Shown here one piece after another: positions 41,898 to 60,800 of a stretch of 64,000 nt of DNA. The notes below the pieces were generated by a model, which worked only from the letters and a program-made list of their open reading frames with translations, had not been told where the DNA came from and ran no database searches. Positions within the stretch are counted from its first letter, which is position 1; every line of letters starts with the position of its first letter. The stretch comes from the human T2T-CHM13v2.0 reference genome, Homo sapiens, in the NCBI RefSeq assembly GCF_009914755.1, contig NC_060926.1. One strand, written 5' to 3'. A program made the translations under genes and the position numbers.

Positions 41898-41998
41898 TTT
41901 ATTTTATTTTATTCTTATTATTATACTTTAAGTTGTTCTAGGGTACATGTGCACAACGTGCAGGTTTGTTACATATGTATACATGTGCCATGTTGGTG
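41898..41998 (-). mobile_element. Extremely 5'-truncated L1PA (~100 bp including tail)
   Basis: TTATTATACTTTAAGTT...GGGTACATGTGCACAACGTGCAGG...GCCATGTTGGTG; 19-bp TSD GTAGCACTATCT(T/G)AATCTT. Confidence 0.9.
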
Positions 41999-42271
41999 GT
42001 AGCACTATCTGAATCTTAACAGAGGTTATTAACAGAAGACATTTTGGACAGTGACAAAACTCCTTTTCTGAAAGGTCCTTAAATGGTTTATTATTCAATG
42101 GTTTGTTAACTAAAACAGTGAAAGGTGTGCAGTTCAGTCATGTCTCTAGGATTAGCAACCAAGTTCATGTGGAAACTACACCATGATTTACCACAGGGAC
42201 AACAGCAACTGTAGGACACCATTAAATGTAAGCTGCATTCTGATTTCAGAGGTATTAAAATGTCAGAAAAT

Positions 42272-42595
<324 letters not shown>

Positions 42596-43299
42596 AGAAA
42601 ATGAGCATCTTACAATTGATGAAATGCAATATTTTAAAGTATTTGTTGACTAACTGAAGCTAGGTTACAACAATGAATACATTCGCTATTACTCATAATT
42701 CTAAAATTAATGATCTGTGGGACAGGAGACTTCTCTTTACCCAACATCAAGGAAAACAAGGAATATAATCTAGTAGAGTCCCCAAGTATTGTGATTACAT
42801 TATTACCATTTAATAACAGCAGAAGCTTTTGTTCTGGAAGACTGAAGGGTACAGGAGCACTTCTGTATTTCAGAGATAACTTATTGGTAACTAGCCAGGC
42901 CGCAGCTAAAAATTTTGGATGTCATTTTAAAAATCTAATAAGCAAATATCACCATGAAAAAGATCGTAAAGTAAAACCTTAGATCTTACTGAGAACTTGG
43001 TTACTCTGAGCCACAGCTTTTAAGAAGCTAGTCTTTTGTCTAAGCAGATGAAAAGCAGCAAAATGAAAAGGGAACTTTTTAAAATGGGTGGGTAGGAGAT
43101 AGTATGGCAATGTAAAGGCAAGCACAATGATAGCAACAAGAAAAAATATCTGAGGAACACAAAACTACAAACAAACCGGAAAAAGGAAGAATAATCGTTA
43201 AGAGCCATTAGAATAAGGGAAACAAGTTGATACAGTACTTCCTAGCACATCAGATGCTTAGGACAGCTAAATGAGTAAGCGACAGTCTCTGCAGCAGAT

Positions 43300-46170
43300 T
43301 ATTTTGGTTGCCTATCCTAACCTCTAGTTGTCAACCCCTTCTCCTCCTTTCAAACAGAAGCCTGACCGTGTGTCTAGCATTTATCCCATTTCTGCAAGGC
43401 CATATGCTTTGGAAAAGCTGGTCCCACCTCCCACAGACAATGGTGACTGGTTAAAATCCATGTTTTTCAAACTGAGGGTTATGATCAATTAGTGGATCAT
43501 AAAATTAAATCAGTGATTTGCCACCGGCATAAAAAAATAAAGGAATAGAATAAACCACATACAGCATATTGTATATACCCTTAACATCGAATGAACAATA
43601 GAATGAACAATGCAGCCAATTGAGACTATCATGTGAGAGGAATACAACATAAATTGGTCAGGAATAGGTATTTGGTTCACTGATAACTCATTTGATCTTC
43701 TGACATGGATGGTCAATTTGACGATAATGAAGAGGTTAAAGAGTAACTCTGCAGAGTTAAAAGCAAAGCATGTGAGAAGTTTATCTATCGGCAAAGAGCT
43801 GATTGTTTCAACCAAGTTTAGTTAAAAACTTTCAGTGTATTTTTCAGAAAGAATGTTATTGAGTATAAAATTTTTCAAATTCTCAGCAACTGTAATATTT
43901 TAACTGATTTAGTATAAGCAGTCCTTAAAATGAATCACTCTATACTCAGAAGAAAAAAAGACAGTGAAGTAAAACCTACAGAGGCAAGCCCAACTACCAG
44001 ATTTGGAAGTGTTGATAGTGACAAAATTGAGAGAAAATGTTGACTTCAATCAGTAATCTCTGACTTGACTTGAGCCACATTTTATATAGAAAATAATAAC
44101 CATACGACTTTAAAATAAGCTTGATTTAAAACATGGTTTTATAAATGTGCAAAACAATAAAAATGACGGACCCCAGATGTGTTGTTGGTAATGATATTCT
44201 TGTAGATGACAGTGTTGAAATAAAACTTCAAACTTAAAAAACAAAATCACTTGGAACACCCCTACCACAGGGCTAAAATGAAAACAATGGAAAATAACAA
44301 ATATTGATGTGAATGTGAAGCAAATGGAATGCTCAAGTGATAAATGCATTTTAGGTTAGATATGCAAGGCAAGGCAGTTTAATGGAGGATTTATTTTATA
44401 TGGTTTAAATGTAACTTCACATAAAATTAAATCAGATGTGTTTACACAATGCAAAAACACATTATTGTTCCATATACATTAAACCAGATACATGGTAGGA
44501 GAATAAAAAATGGACAAATTACTAAGAACACCAACATTGCCAAAACTGACTCAAGAAGAAATATAAAATCTGAACAAACCTATAAGTACAGTCAATAAGT
44601 AATCAAAACTCTCCCAACAAAAAAAAGTTCAGAACCATACAGTTTCATTGGTGAATTCTACCAAACATTTGAAGAACACCAATCCTTCTCAAACTCTTTA
44701 AAAAAACAGAAGAGGAGCCAATACTTCTTACCTATTCTATGAGGCCAGCATTACCCTGATACCAAAGCCAAAGATACCTCAAGAAGAAAGAAACCTACAT
44801 TTGAACTGATTTCCTATGAATACCAGTTCAAAAATCCTCAACAAAATACTAATAAACTAAATCCAACAGCCTATTAAAAGGATTGACATACACGACATAC
44901 ATATAATGTATTCAGTATGTATGAACTTAAGAACCAGACTCACATTGTTTTCATTTTAAAACAATCTCTCTTGACATTTTTAAATTTTAACTTTGAAATA
45001 ATTTCAAATTTAGAGAAGGCATGCAAGAATAGTACTAAAACTTTATTACCCTTCCTTCACATAAATACTTCAGCGTATAGTTCCAAATAACAAAAACATT
45101 GACTTACATATCCATAATACAATTATTAAAATTAGAAAACATACTGATGTAATAATATTACCTAACATTCAACCCATGCTCAAATCATCAATTTTCTCAA
45201 TTTTTCTTCACAGCATTTTCTTCCCAATCCATAATTCAACCTAGGATGACATACTGCATTTAGTTGCCTCATACTTTGTGCTAGGCAGCTTCCAAGATGG
45301 TTCCCAATGATCCTCAAATCCTGGTATTGATACACTTGTGTAATCCCCTCCTACTAAGTACAGAATTCATTGATGAATCTCATCTGAATAAATTATTATT
45401 AAGATTATTTTGCTACTCACAATGACCTGTTTGTGTAAAAAGGTATTTTTAATCTTGACCCAAAATTTGAAAAAACGGCTCAACCATGTACTATATATGC
45501 TCATAGCATTGTCCTCATGTATTCCAGACTGAAAAAAATTCATGAACAGCCCATATCTATACATTAAGTTAAATCTGTTCTAAATTTTTGTATTTAGGTA
45601 TTAAAAACCTATTTAAACATAAGTAAAATAGCATTTAACTTACAATCAGTAGTAAAGATAAGCATTATTTTGAGAAACTTATTTTGAATTACATTTAATT
45701 GTATAAGACAGACATACATATACCCAAACAGAAGTGATGTGTGATAAGTGCCCTCGTCATGACGAAGTAAAATGTATTTCCTAGTGTGTCAAAATCAAAA
45801 GGTATGAAAAACAATGGTCTAAGCTAATCATGGTGGTCCCATTCTATTTATTCAATAATGGCAAATGAAATGTGAGGGTAAATCTGCTAGGTACTTCAGA
45901 AAAAGACTTCACTGCCCTTAAATAGAGTGAGAGAGAACTAGCCTTTTCTTCTTTTGATTCAAGTATGACTCTCAGTAAGCACTGTATCATGGGATGGCAC
46001 TAGCTTGAAGAAAAGCTAACTTAGCGAGAATGGCAGGTAACATACATTGAGAGACTGTTTCTTCATTGATACTCTTGAGCTTCTGAATTAACGAGTTCTG
46101 TACTTAGCCCCCCTGAGCATCCTGTAATAAAATCTCTTTATCATTTAATCAAGAATCAGAAATTTCCTTA
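43300..46170. mobile_element. Nested old repeats: MLT1-like LTR pieces around a hAT-Charlie-like element (~43459-45817) that contains L1 fragments (~44485-45280)
   Basis: CATGTTTTTCAAACTGAGGG...ATTAGTGGATCATAAAAT and ...AAAGGTATGAAAAACAATG termini; L1 ORF2 GGTGAATTCTACCAAACATTT; MLT-like GTCTAAGCTAATCATGG. Confidence 0.5.
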
Positions 46171-46560
46171 TTGTTCAGGCCACTTTGAGTAAGGATCTCT
46201 GATGTTTTTCTAATTGAAGCAGTCACCTTATTTAGGGGCTCAAAGTCAAGCGGCAAGACTGAGACAATGAAAACTATCACCATACTATCAAAACTCCTTG
46301 AGATTTTACTGTCAGGCATTGTTGTAAAGCTTTATAATAGCACGTAACTGAATCCTCACAACAATTCTAAAACATGTACATATGACTTTATGCAGTATCT
46401 TCATATATAAGATTTTTTCTAAGGAAATAGCAAGACACTTGCACAAAGGGGTGTGTATATGTGTACAATCTAAATATCCACATAGAGGTGACTTGTACAA
46501 ATAAATTATGGAACAGCCCTACAATGAACTATTCTGATGCCATTAAAAATCACACAGTAG

Positions 46561-52843
<6,283 letters not shown>

Positions 52844-53049
52844 CCAGTAGACCAGTTATTTCACCAAAACATCCTACAAGAAAAAAGGTCCAAGTTAACT
52901 CACTGAATTTAGAAGTTTTAAAAACTCTTCTAGCAGCTATTTATGTAATAGAAACTTCTGTAAACGCTGCCGTCAGGTCAGCTGTAAATATAAACTTTGC
53001 TTACATTCTTCCCCAATTTTTTGCTTAGGAAAGTACTAAAGAGTTAAAA

Positions 53050-53053
53050 GTAT

Positions 53054-53088
<35 letters not shown>

Positions 53089-53371
53089 TTGAGATGGTGT
53101 CTCACCCTGTCGCCCAGGCTGGAGTGCAACGGCACGATCTTGGCTCACAACAACCTCCGCCTCCCAGGTTCAAGTGGTTCTCCCGCCTCAGCCTCCTGAG
53201 TAGCTGGGATTACAGGCATGTGCCACCACGCGCAGCTAATGTTGTATTTTTAGTACAGACGTGGTTTCTCCATATTGGTCAGGCTGGTCTTGAACTCCCG
53301 ACCTCAGGTGATCCGCCCACCTCAGCCTCCCAAAGTGCTGGGATTACAGGTGTGAGCCACTGCGCCTGGCC
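53050..53371 (-). mobile_element. AluSp-like with (TTTA)n tail
   Basis: GTTTCTCCATATTGGTCAGGCTGG and CCCGACCTCAGGTGATCCGCCC. Confidence 0.88.
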
Positions 53372-54252
53372 AACACTATTTTCTAAAACTAAAAATCATA
53401 TCTATTTGGTGGAAGGAATACTGAACAAAATCCCATACTGTTTCCATAATAATGTCTTTGACATTAAAGCAGAGGCATTCATTTGCTATTCTAAGAACAT
53501 TTCTAAGCAACTATTTTGTACCAGACACTGTGCAAGTTGGGCTATGTGTTGAAAGTATAGAAAAAATCATATGTATTCCATGTCTTTAAGAAGCTCCATT
53601 TAGATTTGCTGAAAGCTGAGTTGTGACACATCACTCTACTGGCAGTAACTGGTACAAGAAGCAAGAGGGCCTGAGGGCTAACAGTGCCAATAATCCCTAA
53701 GGACTTCATGCCAGGAAAAATGGACTGTTCCATTTTTAAATAGAAGTTACCCAACTCTGAATTTTTGGGGCAAGTTACTTAAACAGTCTCTCTTTCGAAT
53801 TCAAGGAAATCCTGGGACATTATATTTTTATTAAAATTTATGAGATTTTTACAAAGGAATATAAGTGATCATTTATGCTAGTCAGCTTTTGTTCTAAGGT
53901 CAGAATTCTCAAAAAATAAAACTTTATTACTCTACCACAAACTTCTGAAAAACCTCCTCAAACTGCTGTGTTTTATTTTGCCCTGAAGGACGAAAAGTAT
54001 CTAACAACTATTATTTTTTTAAAGTCCTTCCAGATGAAACACTGTGGACTACAGTTTCTAGAACAACAAAATTTCACTTTACATTCCCCATACTAAACTT
54101 GAAGTTTTTCCCAAAGTGGATTCCTAGTGCAATATTCTTAAGTCTTTATTTTACTCAGCGACCATCATCCACTCATGTCTCTTCCTGCCCCTTAGTACTG
54201 CCAAAATACAAAATGTAGCTAGAAAACCAAAGATGCAAAAAAGCTTTACAGG

Positions 54253-54486
54253 TGCTCGGTCACTAGGGTAAATGAGGATATACTGAATTCCTTAAAAATA
54301 CAAAGAGAGTGGATGCTGAGTGCACCCATCACAAAAATAACTGTGTGAGGTAATACATTTGTTAATTAGCAAGAGTTAATCATTTCACAATGTATGTGCA
54401 CCTCAATACGTCATGCTGTATGTGACAAACATATACAATGTTATTTGTCAAATTAAAAAAAATAAATTTAAGCTTAACCCAGGAAA
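54253..54486 (+). mobile_element. 5'-truncated L1MA 3' end with a perfect 16-bp TSD
   Basis: TGTGTGAGGTAATACATTTGTTAATTAGC...TCATTTCACAATGTAT; TSD AAAAAAGCTTTACAGG at 54237-54252 and 54487-54502. Confidence 0.8.
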
Positions 54487-55805
54487 AAAAAAGCTTTACA
54501 GGAACAGTCTATTCAATTTCAAATGAAGCAAGTTTACTTCTTCATTTTGCATCTCCTTTCCTTTGATTGACATGTGACAGTTTTTAAGAGTCATCCAAAC
54601 GAGTGTGTGCTGAATGACCCATGACAGACAGAACTGACAGGAGGCTGGGAAACATTTGAGAAAACAGTGTGTGCTTAAGAAAGCTCCTCCTCCAATTAAT
54701 CAAATCCGGTAAACAAGAGGTCTTTATATACTCCCGTTAAAGACAATGTTCAGCACTAAAGAAATGCTTTAGTTAGCTATTTAAAAACCTATGTGTTCTA
54801 GCTCCTGATCACAGACAAGTACATAGAACAAATAATATTGGAAGAAGACTTTGAAAAAGATATTTTCATAAGCACATTCTTTTAAAAATACATACTTCAA
54901 ACATCAGAAGATTTTTATTTTGTAGATGCATAAACTTGTAAAATAAATAATTCATTGTGCCTATAAGGCTCTGGGATTAAGATGGCAAAGGGCATCAGCA
55001 CTGGAAGGATTTTTTCCAGATCCAGAAACACAGATTGAAGCATGGCCAGTGGTCATAAGAGGGAAAAAAATAAACAGGAAGACATTCTCTTTGCAAATCC
55101 TCCTCCTCTGATAAAGCATATGGAAGGTACGCTGAAGATTCCTTTACTGCTAACTCAGTATTTAAGCATCAGATTTGCATGAACCTATTATCAATTATCA
55201 AGCCAACTTGACAGAAGGATCCTTGGGACAATGATTGTCTTATTTGTTCTGCACAAGACAAATGTAAACTAATTTTTAAAACCCAACATTCCAGGGCTTC
55301 AATAGCCTTACTCAAGTCATGGACCTTCTCGGGTATCAAATGAGTGCCCATGTTGTTCAGTGAGGTCTCCCCATTCTGGATGGCCTCAATTCTTATGTTC
55401 CCAAGACACTGTGTAACCCCTGGAATCTCCATTCACCTCACAAATCTTTAGCAGCTTTTCTGTCCCAGCCCTCATTGGATCTTGGCTTACGTATGTGCAC
55501 CTTAACATTTGGCAAACAATTTTTTTTTGCAGAGAAATAAAGTCAGTTTATTCTGTCAAGGATCTCCTACCTCTAAAAACAGATAATAATTTCATAAATT
55601 TTTAAAGGGTCAATGTTCTCAGATTTCCTATACAATCAATTATGTGTTAGAATCAATTTAATCAATCACCTCCTTTGCAGGGCTAACTCTCAATTAGAAT
55701 GTCAAGGGTCTCCAGTTGACTTAAACTTTTGGCCCAGAGGTGTTTATGTCAGCAAGATCTGAAATCTGATATGCTCCAGAATCAAGCCTTTCTTGCCTAT
55801 TTGCA

Positions 55806-56261
55806 TTTTTTTTCTTTTTTTTTTTAATTATACTTTAAGTTCTTGGGCACATGTGCACAATGTGCAGGTTTGTTACACATGTATACATGTGTCATGTTGG
55901 TTTGCTGCACCCATTCACTCGTCATTTACATTAGGTATTTCTCCTAATGCTATCCCTCCCCGCTCCCCCCACCCCACGACAGGCCCCGGTGTGTGATGTT
56001 CCCCGCCCTGTGTCCACGTGTTCTCATCGTTCAATTCCCACCTATGACTGAGAACATGTGCAGTGTTTGGTTTTCTGTCCTTGCGATAGGTTTGCTCAGA
56101 ATGATGGTTTCCAGCTTCATCCATGTCCCTACAAAGGACATGAACTCATCCTTTTTTATGGATGCTTAGTATTCCATGGCGTATATGTGCCACATTTTCT
56201 TTATCCAGTCTATCACTGATGGACATCTGGGTTGGTTCCAAGTCTTTGCTATTGTGAATAG
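55806..56261 (-). mobile_element. L1PA 3' fragment (~450 bp)
   Basis: Poly(T), TTATACTTTAAGTTCT...GGTATTTCTCCTAATGCTATCCCTCCC...CTTTGCTATTGTGAATAGT. Confidence 0.92.
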
Positions 56262-57486
56262 TGAATATATGGCAACCAATTTTAGACAGCTGCAGGACTA
56301 TGATTCCAGGGAGAGGGAAACTACATAGAATAAGCCTCAAAATTGCCCCAGCTTTCTGTCTGAGAACACTTTCTAGACTGTGGCACCAGGAGGTAACCCA
56401 AGCAGGACATAGTAATCTTACTGAGCTGGAGAAACAGACTGGAGGTTGGGATTCCTGAAGGTTTTAAGAGTATGATATCAGAGAGAATGAAGCTCTGAAG
56501 AGCAGTATTCCAGTTACTCATATAAGTGACATCTTAAGCATTTAGCTAAATACTAAGCTGCACATACCCAGGGCACCAAGACAAGACAACACAAGGCCAG
56601 GGGAAAAAAAAAAAACAAAAAAAAAAACAGCTGCCTGTGAGTTGGCAGCTACCCAGAGATTCCTGAGATTACACAAAGCTGGGAGACATAGGACGTCCTA
56701 CCAATCATACTGAAGAGACCTCGTTGAACACCCCGGATACTCTGCTGATACCCAGAAAGGGGTAGAAGTGAGCTATTCTAGTCCTAGAGAAAGGATTACA
56801 CTACCCCCACCCTAACAAAATTTTAAAAAATAATCCTTACTCAGATGGGTTCACTGATGAATTCTATCAAACATTTAAGGAAGAAATTATACCAATTCTC
56901 TATAATCTTTTCCAGAAAATAGAAGCGGAGGGAATACTTCCTAAATAATTCTATGAAACCAGCATAACCTTAATTCCAAAACCAGACAAAGACATTACAA
57001 GAAAATGACAGATCAGTATTTCTCATGAACACAGATGCAAAAATTCTCAAAAAAGCTAGGAAATCAAGTCTAACAATCTATAAGAAGAATTATACACCAT
57101 AGCCAAATATAATATATCTCAGGTATGCAAGTCTGGTTCAACATTCAAAAAATCAATTAATGGAATCTATCACATCAACAAGCTAAAAAAGAAAAAAAAA
57201 ATCACATAGTCCTAGCTGCAGAAAAAGCACTTGACAAAATCTAACTAACACTCATTCATGATAAAAATTCTCAATAAACTAAGAACAAACGGGAAACATC
57301 CTCAAGGTGATTAAAAACATCTACAAAAACCCTACAGCTAACATAACATTTAATGGTAAGAAACCAGAATATTTCCCACTAAGATCAGAAACAAGACAAG
57401 GATGTCCCTTCTTACCACCACTCAACATCATACTGGAAGTACCACCTAATGCAGTAAGAAAAGAAAAGTTATATAAGATTGTGAGG

Positions 57487-57854
57487 TGTATTAGTCCATT
57501 TTCACACCGCTATAAAGAACTTCCTGTGACTGGGTAATTTATGAAGGAAAGAGGTTTAACTGACTCACAGTTCCACATGGCTGGGGAGGCCTCAGGAAAC
57601 TTACAATCATGATAGAAGGGGAAGCAGGCATGACTTACATGGTGGCAGGTGAGAGAGAGTGTGTGTCTAAGTGCAGGAAAAACTACCATTTATAAAACCA
57701 TCAGATCTTGTTAGAATTTACTCACTATGAGGAGAACAGCATAGGGGAAACCACCCCCATGATCCAATCACCTCTCACCAGGTCTCTCCCTCAAGACCTG
57801 ATGATTACAATTCATGATGAGATTTGGGTGGGGACACAAGGCCTAACCTTATCA
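57487..57854 (-). mobile_element. MaLR solo LTR (THE1D/MSTA-like)
   Basis: TG...CA ends; TGTATTAGTCCATTTTCACAC...GGAGGCCTCAGGAAACTTACAATCATG; 5-bp TSD TGAGG. Confidence 0.9.
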
Positions 57855-58625
57855 TGAGGAAAGAAAGAAAACTCTTTGTTCACAGATAATATGATCGTCT
57901 ATGTAGAAAATTCAAAAGAATTGATTAAAAAACTCCTGGAACTAATAAGTGATCACAGCAAGGTTGTAGGACACAAGGTTAATATACAAAAGTAAACTGT
58001 TTTCCTATATGCCAGCAATAAATAAGTGGTATTTAAAATTAAAAACACAGTACATTTACATTAGCACCCTCCAAAAGCTTAAAGTATAAATCTAATAAGA
58101 TATGTATAAGATCTATAAGAAGAAAACTACAATACTCTATTGATAGAAATCAAAGAACTAAGAGGAGAGATATTTCATGTATGTGGGTAGGATGACTCAA
58201 TACTGTCAAGATGTCAGTTCTTCCCATCTATAGATTCAACACAATCCCAATTAAAATTCTAAAGTTTATATAGAGAGCTAATTAGACCCAGAACAGCCAA
58301 CACAGTATTAAAAGAGAATGAAGTCAAAGAACTGACACTATCTAACTTTTAAGACATACTACACTAAGCATAGTAATCAAGACACTGCAGTATTGGTTTA
58401 AAAAAAAAAAAAAAAAAGACAAATAGATCAATGGAATAGAAAGCACCAAAAGACCCATATACATAGAGTCAACTGATCTTTGACAAAAGAGCAAAGGCAA
58501 TACAATGGAGAAAAGGTATCTTTGCAACAGCTGGTGCTGGAACAACTGGACATCAACTTGCAAAATAATGAATGTAGACACAGATCTTACACCCTTAACA
58601 AAAGTAAATCAAAATGAATCATAAG

Positions 58626-58790
58626 ACAGACATGGTGGTACATGTTGATATTCCCAGCTACTCAGGAGCCTGAGATGGGAAGATCACCTGAGCCCAGGAG
58701 GCGGAGGTTGCAGTGAACCAAGATCGTGCCACTGCACTACAATCTGGGCGATAGAGTAAGACTCTGTCTCAAAAACAAAGACAAAAAATG
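58626..58790 (+). mobile_element. Alu right arm (FRAM or truncated Alu)
   Basis: CCCAGCTACTCAGGAG...GAGGTTGCAGTGAACCAAGATCGTGCCACTGCAC; TSD ATCAAAATGAATCATA. Confidence 0.85.
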
Positions 58791-59289
58791 AAACAAACTC
58801 ACATCAAAATGAATCATAGACCTAAATGTAAAACATGAAACCATAAAACTAGGCAATAACATAGGAGAAAATCTAACTAAACTTGGATATGGCAATGACT
58901 TTTTTAGATACAACAATAAAGGCACAATTCATAATAGAAATAATTGATATGGACTTTGTTAAAATTTAGTGTCTTTATGATACTATAAATAGTGAATATA
59001 GGTTATTATCTGTTTGTCCAAACCCATAATGTGTAACATTATACCATAATGTAAACTATTAACTTTGACTGATAATGATATGCATTCATCAATTGTAACA
59101 AATGTGCCATTCTGGTGCAGAATGTTGAGACTGGAGGGGGCTGTGCATATGTGGCAGGAAGATTTATATGGTAACTCTCTGTAGTTTTTGCTCTGTTGCG
59201 AACCTAAAACTGCTTTAAAAATAAGTCTTGAAAAAAATCCCTATATGATTCATTCTGATCTGATAGTCTGATCTGAGAGTTAATTATCT

Positions 59290-60800
59290 GATTACCAGAA
59301 GAAAATTCAATACTCTTTAAAGGAAGACAACAAAATTTGTATTTTCAACAACACAGAGCATCCACAATATCCACCATGTAATAAAACTAGCTAGACATAC
59401 AAAAATGCAGGCACATGTGACCAATAACAGAATAATGGGTCAACTTATCCAGCAGAAACCAAACTAGGATGACCCAGATGTTGGAAACAGCAGACAAGAA
59501 CTTTAAAGTGGCTCCAGGACTTAAAGGCAAATATGGTCCCAAATCAATGAATAGATGGTAAACAGCAGTAAAGGAATTAAAGCTTTAATAAACAAAGAAT
59601 AAAGAAATACAGCATCTGAAATAAAATTATTGAATGGGCTTAACAGCAGATTGGAGTAGAAAAATAAATAAATCAGTGAACACGAAGAGAGAGATATGCA
59701 GAAATTATCCTATCTGAAGACCAGAAATAAAAAAAGAAGGAGAGGCGAGGATGGGGGGTATAAAAGAACCTTAATGAACTGTGGGACAAGATCACAATGC
59801 ACAACTATATGTAACTGGAGTCCTGAGAGGGAAAGAGAGAATAGGGCAGATAAATATTTGAAGTAGTAACAAAACTTTCCCCAATTTTTTCAAAAACATA
59901 ACATAATGTAAAGATGCAAGAAGCTCAGTGAACCCTAAGAAGGACAAAAACAAAGAAAACTATACCTAGAAACTTTATGGTCAAACTGCTGGAAAACAAA
60001 GATAAAGGGAAAATTGTCAAAGTAGCCAGAGAGAATGTACATGTTATATATGGAGGAACAACAATATGAGTAATGGTTAACTTTTTATCAGAAACAACAG
60101 AGGCCAGGAGACAATGAAACGGTATCTTTAAAGTGCTGCACACACACATACACACACCACAACCACTTGTCAACCTCAAATTCTATATCTTTAAAGATAA
60201 CGGAAAAGGGATTTTTAGATAAATGAGATCTCATTGCCAGCAGACCTACACTACAAAAAAATTTTAAAGGGAATTTTGCAGACTAAAGGAAATTGACACC
60301 AGCTGGAAAATATATGGGTAAATATAAAATTGTGCGTGTTTATTCTAATTTTACTTAAAAGACATAAAACCAGAAAGCAAAAAGTAAAACATGGTATTCT
60401 AGGACATATATATATATATATATAAAACAATTGATGAATGCATATATATATATATGCATATATATATAGCACAAAGAAGGAGGTGAGGTGGTAAAATATT
60501 AACCACTGTTGACTGAGAAGATATGACTGTGTATTATAATCCCTAGAGTAACCACTTTAAAAAAAATGCAAAGAAGTATAGCTGAAAAGTCAACAGAATT
60601 AAAATGAAAAACTAAAAATGATTTGATTTTCTGCCAAAATAAGGCAGAAAAGGAACAAGAAATGATCAAAAAGCAGATGGGACAAACAAAGCAAACAGCA
60701 AAACTGTAGACCTTAATTCAGTTATATTAATACTTATATTAAATGTTAGTAAAAACTCCAACTAAAAAGCAAAAATTGTCTATAAAGACTGTATCACTTA
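59290..60800 (+). mobile_element. Old L1M ORF1-region fragment containing (CA)n and (TA)n microsatellites
   Basis: CAGATGTTGGAAACAGCAGACAAGAACTTTAAAG, GAAACAACAGAGGCCAGGAGACAATG, CCAGCAGACCTACACTACAA. Confidence 0.7.

Larger units (their letters stand above)
56262..59237 (+). mobile_element. L1MC-like element (5' piece, ORF2 fragments, 3'UTR) interrupted by a MaLR LTR and an Alu arm
   Basis: GATGGGTTCACTGATGAATTCTATCAAACATTTAAGGAAGAA ORF2; 3'UTR TTCATCAATTGTAACAAATGTGCC...GAACCTAAAACTGCT. Confidence 0.75.
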
